Shown here: positions 11,801 to 19,816 of the stretch, in pieces
Position numbering within the stretch: position 1 is the first letter of the stretch
Layout of the letters: each line of letters starts with the position of its first letter
NCBI GenBank assembly: GCA_035389045.1
Contig: DAOORA010000054.1
Coordinates: 1 to 32,575, forward strand
Length of the DNA stretch: 32,575 nucleotides
Direction: 5' to 3'
Origin: Bacteroidales bacterium
Lineage (GTDB): Bacteria; Bacteroidota; Bacteroidia; Bacteroidales; CAIWKO01
Translations under genes and position numbers: made by a program
The notes under the pieces: model-generated
Database searches by the model: none
Told to the model about the DNA's origin: nothing
Seen by the model: only the letters and a program-made list of their open reading frames with translations

Positions 11801-14800
11801 GTCACAGATTTGATAGTCATAGGTTACCTGTCCGGTAAATCCGTTGGCTGGCACAAAATTGAAGGTTCCGTTTGAATTGAGAACCAGCGTCCCGTTTCCG
11901 GGAGCGGGTCCTATAAGAATTACACTGTTGGGATCAAGGTTCCCGTCAGGATCACTGTCATTGATAATAACTGTTCCGGTAACCATGGTGTTGATGCTGC
12001 CCTGATAGGCATCGTTAATGGCGATAGGCGGCTGGTTGCCAATAATTTGTTCCGTTACGGTGATGGTTACGATGGCTGTGTCGCATAACGGTGGGATAAT
12101 ATCATCACATACTTCGTACACATAAGAGTCTGTTCCGGTGAATCCGGTATTCGGAATGTAAGTGTAAGAGCCGTCTGAATATATGATCACATTTCCGTTA
12201 GCCGGATTACTCAACGGTGTGGTATTGATGACGAGGTTGTCGCCGTCTGGTTCATTGTCGTTGGTGAGCATATTTCCTGATACGGGTGTATTGAGCAGAG
12301 TTGTGTTGATATCATTGATAGCAACCGGTGGGTTGTTGTACGGTAGTACAAGTATATATGCTGTGGCTGAATCACATTCCATCGGTATGCCATCATCACA
12401 TAATTCATAAATGAAGTTGTCTGGTCCTGTGTAGTCGGTAAAAGGAATGTAATCAAATGTACCATCAGAGTTAAGTGTTAGTGTGCCATGCATTGGACCT
12501 GAAAGAGGAACAGTGTCAACGGTCTGGGCATCACCCTGCGGATCATAATCGTTGTCAAGCACATTGCCTGAAACAGGGGTGTTTTTATTGGTCATGTATG
12601 AATCATCATGTGCAAATGTTGAATTTCCGTCATCATTAGGCATGATATCTATGGTTACAGTAGCAGTGTCACACAGCGCCGGCGCGCCAAGATCGCAAAT
12701 CTGATAATTGTATGCGACCTGGCCTACAAAGCCATTGGCAGGAATGAATTCAAAGGTTCCGTTGGCATTAAGAACAAGAATACCATTACCCGGGGCCGGT
12801 CCGATCAGGATCACACTGTTATAATTGAGGTTGCCGTCAGGGTCGCTGTCGTTTGTGATGACCGTACCGCTAACCATAGTATTGATACTTCCCTGGTAAG
12901 CGTCATTAATTGCAATCGGCGGTTGATTGTAGTCGCCTGGTTCGGTAACAGTTATTGTCACAACAGCAGTATCGCAGAGCACCGGAATACCGTCATCGCA
13001 TACTTCATATATATAAGTATCTGTTCCCAGGAATCCGGTGACAGGGACATAGACATACGAGCCGTCCGGGTAAATGACCACGTTGCCATTGGATGGTGGT
13101 GTCAGGGGGGTAACATTAATAATAAGGTTGTCACCATCAGGTTCATTATCATTTGTGAGCATATTCCCTGATACGGGGGTGTTTATAAGAGTGGCGTTAA
13201 TATCATTGATGGCCACAGGCGGATGGTTTTCAGGAAGTACTATAATGGTAAGCAATCCCTGATCACATAAATTTGAAGGATCACAAACTTCGTATGCCAA
13301 TGAAATGGTATCTGAAAAACCAATTGGCGGTGTATAAGTAAAATTCCCCGATGTGTCAAAAACGATGATACCCTGGCCGGGTAGCGGATTATCTAAAAGT
13401 TCAAATTCAAGTTCCGCTAGGGTATTGTCAGGATCAGAATCATTAGGTGCGACTGAGCCCGTCACGGGTGTATTATAAAAAGTGGTATAAAAATCATCAA
13501 CAGCTACCGGTGGCAGACAACTCGGGGGTATTCCTACCGGACCGGAATCAGTGGCGGTACAGCCATTGATGTCTGTGACCGTTACAATGTAAATGCCTAC
13601 ATCCAGGCCGCTGATATTGGCAGTGGTAGCACTGTTCGACCAGAGGTAGGTATAAGGCCCTGTTCCTCCTGTCACAACGGCATAGGCTTCTCCATTGGCA
13701 AATGAACAACTTCTGTCGTATGTTAATACATCCACGGTTAAATCCGGTGATTTATCTATAAAAATGCCGGACAATGTGTCTGAGCATCCGGTGAAGTCAG
13801 TAACAATAACGATGTATGTACCTGTATCCAGACCAACAGGATCCTGAATATTTCCTATCGGAGTTGGGCCAGTCCAAAGGTAATTGAACGGTGGTACCCC
13901 GTTTACAACAGTAAGGTCAATTTTACCTGTTGCATTACTGCACGCGGAAGATGGAGTGACATCGGCATATAATTCCATTTGAAAACCAGGCTGGGTAATG
14001 GAATAATCATATTTTGCAGTACAGAGGTGGACATCGGTCACACTGACCGTGTAGGATCCTGCCGGAACATTATTCAGATCTTCGGTGACAGCGCCATTCG
14101 ACCAAATAAAGGAATATAAAGGCGTGCCACCACTGATGGTCAGGTCAATATTCCCGTCATTTCCTCCGAAACATCCTACATTTTGAATGTCGGCTGTGGC
14201 TGAAAACGGCAAAGGTTCTGTGATGCCGGTTGATAGCGTGTCTGTGCAAAGGTTCGCATCAGTGACTATGACGGAATATGTACCGGCAGTCAGGCCAAAA
14301 ATATCCTCTGTTATTTCTGCATTATCCCATAAATACGTATAGGGTAAGGTACCCCCTGTGACGATCAGGTTGATGCCTCCGTCGCTGCCGCCGTTACACA
14401 AAACATTGGAATTGACCGTTGACAGCGATATGGCTGAAAGTTGGGTAATGTCAAAACTTTTAGTTGCATGGCAATTGATTGAATCGGAAACGGTAACGTA
14501 ATATGTCGCTGCTGTGAGACCGGTTCTGTTCTCATCTGTGGATCCATCAGCCCATGAATACGTATAAGGCCCTGTGCCTCCTGCAACATTAAGATCAATG
14601 GCACCGGTGTGGGTGCCGCTGCACAATATATTGGTCACAAAGGCTGAGATATATATAGCTTCAGGTTGATTCACCGTAGTTGTGGCATATGCAGTACATC
14701 CACTGCTGTCAGTAACCGTTACTGAATAAAGCCCCGCAGGAACATTCAGAAGGTCTTCCGTAACTGCACTGTTTGACCAATTATATGCGTATATTGGCGT

Positions 14801-17800
14801 TCCGCCGGTAACAGTCAGGTCAACGATTCCCGTTGAATCTCCATAGCAACCGGCATTTGTTGGTGATGCTGTTGCAACCAGTTCACCGGGTTGTGTCATC
14901 TGGACAGAAGCCGTGGCCGTGCATCCTTTGGCATCAGTAACCAGGACATTATAGGTTCCTGCTGTTATTCCCGAAATATTCATGGTACTGGCTCCGTTTG
15001 ACCAGTCATAAGTATATCCTGCTGTGCCGCCGGTTACTGTTAAGCCGATACTACCGTTGCTGTTTCCAAAACATGAGATCTTTGATGTGATGTTTGCATT
15101 GACAACTAGTGAATCAGGCTGGCTGACTGTTACAGTGCTCAGGATAAAGGTACATCCCTCGTCGTCCGTCACCGTAACACTGTATGTTCCGGAAACAAGG
15201 TTGTTGACATCTTTGGTATAGGCTGTAAAACTGTTAGGACCTGACCAGGAATAGGAATAAGGAGTTGTACCGCCGTTTACTGTAAGGATAATCTGGCCGT
15301 CAGAACCACCGTTGCAGCTGACAGGGGTAACAACGGTGCTGGCTGTCAGAGATGATACAGATGTTACATTGACACTTAGTGTGTCCGTGCAATTATGAGC
15401 ATCCGTAACCGTAACACGGTATAGTCCGGCATTCAATCCCGAGATATCTTCTGTTGATGCGCCATTACTCCAAGAATAGGAATAAGGTGTTGTTCCTCCT
15501 GATACGATCAGGTTTATACTACCTGTTCCACCGGTACAGAGGATATCTATATGCGTTTGATCCAAAATAATATCCAGGGGTTGTGTCACATCTGCAGATG
15601 TAGCGCCCTTGCAACCATTGATATCGCTGACAGCTACGTGGTAGGTACCTTCACCAACTCCGTATATGTTCTGGGAAGTGGCGCCATTAGACCATAAATA
15701 GGTATAAGGCGGTGTCCCTGATGAGGTGTTTATTTCAACTGCGCCATCAATGCCGCCAAAACAATTTACGTTGGTGATCGTCTGGGCAATCACCAGCGGG
15801 CCTCCGGCATCGCTCACCGAAGCTGTAGTTTTAGCGGTGCATCCGTTGTCATCCGTGATGGTAACGGTGTAACTTCCTGCCGGCAGATTAGCAATATCTT
15901 CCGTACCGGCGCCATTGCTCCACTGGTACGTAAATGGCGGTGTGCCGGTGCCGGGTGTAATATCAATAGCTCCGTTTGCGGATAAACATATTGAACTGGT
16001 GACACTGGATGTCATTGTGGGCGTCGGGTTCACAAAAACAGGAACAGTATCTGTTGCACTACATCCTCCTGTTACGGATACCGTTACAATATAATTGCCG
16101 TTATGCAACGCTGCATCTGCATTATAAATAACCGGGTTCTGGCATGACGACGTACATCCGTGAGGCCCCGTCCATGAGTAAGTGTCTCCGCCACTCGCAA
16201 ACAACTGGAATGACGTTCCGGAACACACATTGCTTGAATATGCATTTGGTGTCAGTGTAGTTACGATTACAGTTTCGCACTTTGGCGACGTTGCTCCGCA
16301 AACATTATGAGCTACTACACACACATCATACGGACCGATCGGAACATTGTTCCAGTTAACGGTTATGGAGTGTGTGGAATCTCCTGAAACAATGGCATTG
16401 TTGTAAAATGTGCCCGGATATAATATGGATTCAATGGTCCAGGTGTAATATAAATTCTCTGGTTTGGGTTCAGTAGAAAATAAACTTGCGGTGTCAGACT
16501 GACATACTCCTGTTCCGGAGCAACCCACAGGAGCATTTAAAACAATGGTTCCTGAAGTGATGGCACAACCAATGGAATCCGAAACGGTTACCGAATAACT
16601 ACCGGCGTAAAGATCTGTCCTGTCTTTCGGATCATTCGATCCTGTTATATCGCTCCAGTCATAAGTATAGGGTGGCGTTCCACCTGTTACATCAAGCGTG
16701 ATGCTACCGAGCGAAAGGCAGGTAGGTTGTACCACTGTCGGCGTAAGTGTAATAATTCCAACTCCGGATTGGTTTATGGTGACCGGCGTGGCAAGCATGA
16801 CAGGCCCGCAATTGCCGGCATCATTCACATAAAGAGTGTATGTTCCCGGGGCAAGTCCGGAAAAAGTACCCGACGCCTGAAAATTAATTCCGTCAATGCT
16901 ATAGGTATAGGGCATTGTGCCGCCATTGCCTGCGACGGTGATGCTTCCGGTGTTCTGGCCACCACAGCTCACATCTGTTTTGGAAACAAATGAAATTCCC
17001 AGGGCAGCAGCAGGTTCCGTCACCACTACGGTATTGGTTTTTTTTGTGCAGAGATCATCTTTGACAGTGACTGAATACGTACCCGGACCTGCTGAAAAAG
17101 TGTTGTTTGTCTGGAACGGGCCGTTATTAAGGCTGAACTGCAACGTGCCTGTGCCACCGCTGGCAGTGACAGTCAATGTAGAGCTGTCACCAAGGCAAAG
17201 AATAGGATTGGGACTGGCTGCAAGGCTGGCACTAATAACCGGATTATATAAAATGGTAAAACTGTTGGTCGGGCTATAACAACTATTGACCGGATCTTCA
17301 AATGCTACGTAATATATTCCGGCATAAACCGTTGATGGATCGGGGATTTTATTCAGGACAGATGCTGGCGTTCCCGTATGCCAGGTGACATTAGCGCCTG
17401 AGGGTTTGTTGCATGGATTTAATGCCGTCAGATCAAATGTTGAACCCGAACATATATAATAGGTCTTTGCAATGGTGTTTTGAGGGGTCACGGTTACAAT
17501 GGACGTATTGTTACCCGCATTATCATCAGGCTCAGCGCCGCTGATCACAGCGGTATTGGCATAATTCTGACTGCATGATACAAGAGCAGTTATGGTCAGG
17601 GCTGCATTGATTTGATTGTTTAAACTGCCGATGTTCCATACGCCGGTAGTGCTGTTGTATGTTCCTGTGGTGGTTGAGTGAGATAAATAGGTGAAACCAT
17701 TCGGAAGCATATCGTTCACTAAAACGGAGGTAGCATTACTTGGACCGTTGTTATTCACATTTATTGAAAATGTTATACTGTCCCCGATGACGGGTGACAG

Positions 17801-18565
17801 GTTACCGGCAGTTTTTTGAACAGCCAGGTCGCAAACCTGGGTGGGTTTAATTGAAATTCCGCTCATCGACCAGTGGTCTTTATTCAGCAACCAGGCCAGT
17901 GTAGTGGTAGCGGAACCCTTTTTAGTACATCCTCCTCCGGTATTTTCTTTGGGTGTATTTACATTCCATTGTTGTGTCTGTGATGAAAGACAACTGATAT
18001 TCTGGTTATGAACAGAAACGACATTAAAAACGAGTTCGCTGCTGGCCGAAGAAACATTCAGGGAGGCAGTCACGCTTTCTCCCGAACTTGATGCATAGGC
18101 ACCCAGCGGTGTCGTCTGATTCACACCGGTGAAGGTCATGACGCCGGCAACGGCTCCTTTTCCGAGGGCGCCGTTACAGGTGACTACCACATTGTGGGCT
18201 CCGCTGGAAGGTGCAACCATGTAATAAATAAATGTTTTGGCTTCTCCTAAGGATGTTTGTTGGCCTGCCAGAGTCAGCGGGGTGCCGTCATAGGTGACAG
18301 AGGTGACAGCTTTGTCCCTGGTGGATATGCCAACCAACAACAGCCTGTCTGCGGCAGTGGTTGTTGTATGGGCTACTGTAATAGTAGTTCCTGCTACTGC
18401 CGATCCGTACGTTGTTGCATCAGCAGTTACCTGGGCTGATAATTTCAAAGCAGGCATACCAACTAACAACAGGCATATGATCAAGGTGTTGAAGCGAAGC
18501 CACGATAATTTAACGGGCTGCTTGCCTCTGGCATTTTGCGCATTGGTGCGGAGTATATTTTTCAT
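8804..18565 (-). CDS. Giant secreted adhesin-like protein (3253 aa): N-terminal head domain, DUF11, about 14 SprB-type repeats, 13 Big_9/cadherin-like Ig domains, C-terminal dockerin-like region; no recognisable T9SS CTD
   Basis: Extended signal peptide ending LSA-Q45. DUF11 motif DLAVQKT..N.SP.IGD.ITF.I.V.NNGPS.AT.V.V.D.LP.G. SprB-type repeats C.G..DG.I.L.V.GGT.PY.Y.WSNG....D...L.AG.Y.V.VTD..C. Ig repeats PPVAIND...N...ND.DPDG...G...DG.F.Y.P..GF.G.D...Y.VCD. C-terminus with duplicated GD.(N/D)...K.K..APGDD motifs. Confidence 0.93.
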   Translation of the reverse strand: MKNILRTNAQNARGKQPVKLSWLRFNTLIICLLLVGMPALKLSAQVTADATTYGSAVAGTTITVAHTTTTAADRLLLVGISTRDKAVTSVTYDGTPLTLAGQQTSLGEAKTFIYYMVAPSSGAHNVVVTCNGALGKGAVAGVMTFTGVNQTTPLGAYASSSGESVTASLNVSSASSELVFNVVSVHNQNISCLSSQTQQWNVNTPKENTGGGCTKKGSATTTLAWLLNKDHWSMSGISIKPTQVCDLAVQKTAGNLSPVIGDSITFSINVNNNGPSNATSVLVNDMLPNGFTYLSHSTTTGTYNSTTGVWNIGSLNNQINAALTITALVSCSQNYANTAVISGAEPDDNAGNNTSIVTVTPQNTIAKTYYICSGSTFDLTALNPCNKPSGANVTWHTGTPASVLNKIPDPSTVYAGIYYVAFEDPVNSCYSPTNSFTILYNPVISASLAASPNPILCLGDSSTLTVTASGGTGTLQFSLNNGPFQTNNTFSAGPGTYSVTVKDDLCTKKTNTVVVTEPAAALGISFVSKTDVSCGGQNTGSITVAGNGGTMPYTYSIDGINFQASGTFSGLAPGTYTLYVNDAGNCGPVMLATPVTINQSGVGIITLTPTVVQPTCLSLGSITLDVTGGTPPYTYDWSDITGSNDPKDRTDLYAGSYSVTVSDSIGCAITSGTIVLNAPVGCSGTGVCQSDTASLFSTEPKPENLYYTWTIESILYPGTFYNNAIVSGDSTHSITVNWNNVPIGPYDVCVVAHNVCGATSPKCETVIVTTLTPNAYSSNVCSGTSFQLFASGGDTYSWTGPHGCTSSCQNPVIYNADAALHNGNYIVTVSVTGGCSATDTVPVFVNPTPTMTSSVTSSICLSANGAIDITPGTGTPPFTYQWSNGAGTEDIANLPAGSYTVTITDDNGCTAKTTASVSDAGGPLVIAQTITNVNCFGGIDGAVEINTSSGTPPYTYLWSNGATSQNIYGVGEGTYHVAVSDINGCKGATSADVTQPLDIILDQTHIDILCTGGTGSINLIVSGGTTPYSYSWSNGASTEDISGLNAGLYRVTVTDAHNCTDTLSVNVTSVSSLTASTVVTPVSCNGGSDGQIILTVNGGTTPYSYSWSGPNSFTAYTKDVNNLVSGTYSVTVTDDEGCTFILSTVTVSQPDSLVVNANITSKISCFGNSNGSIGLTVTGGTAGYTYDWSNGASTMNISGITAGTYNVLVTDAKGCTATASVQMTQPGELVATASPTNAGCYGDSTGIVDLTVTGGTPIYAYNWSNSAVTEDLLNVPAGLYSVTVTDSSGCTAYATTTVNQPEAIYISAFVTNILCSGTHTGAIDLNVAGGTGPYTYSWADGSTDENRTGLTAATYYVTVSDSINCHATKSFDITQLSAISLSTVNSNVLCNGGSDGGINLIVTGGTLPYTYLWDNAEITEDIFGLTAGTYSVIVTDANLCTDTLSTGITEPLPFSATADIQNVGCFGGNDGNIDLTISGGTPLYSFIWSNGAVTEDLNNVPAGSYTVSVTDVHLCTAKYDYSITQPGFQMELYADVTPSSACSNATGKIDLTVVNGVPPFNYLWTGPTPIGNIQDPVGLDTGTYIVIVTDFTGCSDTLSGIFIDKSPDLTVDVLTYDRSCSFANGEAYAVVTGGTGPYTYLWSNSATTANISGLDVGIYIVTVTDINGCTATDSGPVGIPPSCLPPVAVDDFYTTFYNTPVTGSVAPNDSDPDNTLAELEFELLDNPLPGQGIIVFDTSGNFTYTPPIGFSDTISLAYEVCDPSNLCDQGLLTIIVLPENHPPVAINDINATLINTPVSGNMLTNDNEPDGDNLIINVTPLTPPSNGNVVIYPDGSYVYVPVTGFLGTDTYIYEVCDDGIPVLCDTAVVTITVTEPGDYNQPPIAINDAYQGSINTMVSGTVITNDSDPDGNLNYNSVILIGPAPGNGILVLNANGTFEFIPANGFVGQVAYNYQICDLGAPALCDTATVTIDIMPNDDGNSTFAHDDSYMTNKNTPVSGNVLDNDYDPQGDAQTVDTVPLSGPMHGTLTLNSDGTFDYIPFTDYTGPDNFIYELCDDGIPMECDSATAYILVLPYNNPPVAINDINTTLLNTPVSGNMLTNDNEPDGDNLVINTTPLSNPANGNVIIYSDGSYTYIPNTGFTGTDSYVYEVCDDIIPPLCDTAIVTITVTEQIIGNQPPIAINDAYQGSINTMVTGTVIINDSDPDGNLDPNSVILIGPAPGNGTLVLNSNGTFNFVPANGFTGQVTYDYQICDLGNPSLCDTATVTIDIMTNQDGNSTFAHDDSYITNENTAVSGNVSDNDYDPQGDNQTVNALPIADPMHGSVLLIDDGTFTYVPDLNYTGPDNFIYEVCDDGNPMECDQATVYILVLPHNNPPVAINDINSTLINTPVAGNMLTNDNEPDGDNLVINTTPLANPSNGIVTIYPDGSYVYIPNNGFTGIDVYTYEVCDDIIPALCDTAIVTITVKKPGNFNQPPVAINDAYQGSINTLVTGTVITNDSDPDGNLNPNSVILVGPSPGDGVLVLNTDGTFEFVPDNNFTGQVSFYYQICDLALPPLCDTALVTIDIQTNFDGNSTFAHDDAYFTNINTPVSANVSDNDYDPQGDNQTVNITPLKNPMHGTLTLNDDGTFLYTPDPNYTGPDNFVYEVCDDGTPQECDSATVYILIFPYNNPPVAINDINNTLINTPVTGNMLTNDNEPDGDNLVINTTPLTQPVNGTVTIYPNGSYTYVPNNGFTGTDTYVYEVCDDVIPPLCDTALVTITVTRPDTANNPPIAINDAYQGSINTPVVGTVISNDSDPDGNLNANSVVLIGPAPGNGNLILNSDGSFQFTPVIGFTGQVTFDYQICDLGIPSLCDTAMVTIDIMTNDDGNSTFAHDDSYFTNQDVPVTGNVLDNDYDPQGDNQNVNTAPLTDPLHGSVILNADGTFTYTPDLNYTGPDHFVYEVCDDGTPQECDSATVYILVSPNINSGCLMVKVFLQGSYKTTNHLMADSLRVHGFIPVKEPYSSAPYNTTFMHHGGGGGEQITDSATVLGVTGPNAIVDWVFIELRDKNNNINVKYTRSALLQRDGNVVDIDGISPVCFTGLDDVNYYVVVRHRNHFGVMTANVKTLTPAGTLVNFTDGSEPEFNFGTSHPVAGPSFNYTGLSQKTMTDGAKALWAGDVNRDRKIKYRAPGDDLFTIFYNVLTYPTNVPINYNFDFALGYFAGDADLSGKVKFQAPGDDYYLIFQNVLTYPLNPTHNYNFNVLFEQLPY
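9665..13228 (-). repeat. Intragenic array of 4 x 891 bp (297 aa), each unit a triplet of distinct Big_9-like domains (A-B-C)
   Basis: Anchor acattcc at 9701, 10592, 11483 and 12374, spaced 891 bp apart. A starts PPVAINDIN.TLINTP, B starts PP.AINDAYQGSINT, C starts GNSTFAHDD.Y.TN. Confidence 0.95.
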
Positions 18566-18603
18566 AGCTATGATGTTTATCTTTTCTGATTATATTATCC
18601 TGA

Positions 18604-19773
18604 TTAATTGTTGAAAAGCGGTGCTGTGTTGCCTGACTGGCACACTGTGATGCCGACGTTGGCGCTATTGTTGCCAGGGGTATTGTCAATCACATCACCT
18701 GTTACGGAAGCTGCATTAATATAAGTGCCGGCAGCATTAACATACACAGTAATGGTCAGTGTCGGTGAAACGCCCGGATTGACAGTGCCTATTTCCCACG
18801 CACCTGTTCCGGAGTTATAACTACCGAAAATGGTGCTGTGAGAAATATAGGTATATCCCGACGGTAAAAGATCCTGAACCACAACATTAGGCGCAGGTTC
18901 GGGACCGCTGTTTGATGCGGTAAGGGTGAATGTAATGGTGGCTCCTATGTATGGAGTGGGATTATTTACTGTTTTGGATATCCCCAGGTTTGCTATCGGC
19001 ATTGGCTTGATGGCTATTCCGCTCATAGACCAGTCGGCGTTTCCTGCAGCAGTCCAGTTCATAACCGTAGAACCTGACAATCCGTTCGTAACACTACCGG
19101 CGCCTTTTTCTTTTCCGGGTGTATTGATTTTCCAGAACGAAGTACGTCCGGTTGGATCTGAGATATTTTTATCATTGACCGAAACCACATCAAAGACCAG
19201 GTAGTTGGTTTGGGAAGGAACTGTCAGTGAAGGAGTGGCGCTGGTGCCGGAGGATGAAGTGTAGGAGCCAACAGGATCGGTTTGGTTGACATTGTAGAAA
19301 GACATCACCCCCACAATACCTGCATTATCATTGCCCAGGTTACTTGAAAAAGTTACCACCACATTATCGGTGGTAGAAGCCGGAGGATCGAGAATATAAA
19401 ATATATAGGTATACGCATCAGGGTCTGTAAGCTGGCTTCCGGCATAGATCATCGGATCTCCGCCATACGAAACATTGTTGCAGGGTTCGCCCTGAACCGC
19501 TCCACCCAGGTTGATGAGTCTTCCTCTTGAGGATACACCGACCATGATCATCCGGTAAGCGTTACTTCCGGTGGTTATAGATACTGTAACAGTTGTCCCC
19601 GCTGTGGCATAAGCCGAATTGGTGCTTTCCCAGACGGGCTGTGCTTTTAGTACCTGTCCGAATAAAAGCAGAAAAACCAGCATAGTCAGTGCCGGTTTAA
19701 TCAATACTTTTATTCCGCTGTATGTTGCAGTTGTTATGTCAAATCTGACGGAGGTGGAATGTATTTTTTTCAT
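18604..19773 (-). CDS. Secreted DUF11-domain protein (389 aa), paralogous to the N-terminus of the downstream 3253 aa protein
   Basis: Signal peptide ending LKA-Q45. Head domain ending WSMSGIAIKP, then DUF11 (NLGISKTVNNPTPYIGATITFTLTASNSGP...VVVQDLLPSGYTY). No CTD. Confidence 0.9.
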   Translation of the reverse strand: MKKIHSTSVRFDITTATYSGIKVLIKPALTMLVFLLLFGQVLKAQPVWESTNSAYATAGTTVTVSITTGSNAYRMIMVGVSSRGRLINLGGAVQGEPCNNVSYGGDPMIYAGSQLTDPDAYTYIFYILDPPASTTDNVVVTFSSNLGNDNAGIVGVMSFYNVNQTDPVGSYTSSSGTSATPSLTVPSQTNYLVFDVVSVNDKNISDPTGRTSFWKINTPGKEKGAGSVTNGLSGSTVMNWTAAGNADWSMSGIAIKPMPIANLGISKTVNNPTPYIGATITFTLTASNSGPEPAPNVVVQDLLPSGYTYISHSTIFGSYNSGTGAWEIGTVNPGVSPTLTITVYVNAAGTYINAASVTGDVIDNTPGNNSANVGITVCQSGNTAPLFNN

Positions 19774-19816
19774 AGTGCTGGATTTATCTGGATTAATATT
19801 TTTTGTTTTTTACCCA

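Noticed and set aside
1498..13228. Diversity-generating retroelement or invertible shufflon acting on the repeats
   Set aside because: No reverse transcriptase or recombinase gene in the window, no evident adenine-specific template/variable pair, and all repeats are direct, in frame and coding.
8804..18565. Naming the giant genes sprB, sprC or sprD
   Set aside because: They share repeat types and operon logic with the Flavobacterium locus, but orthology cannot be shown from this window and the domain content differs.
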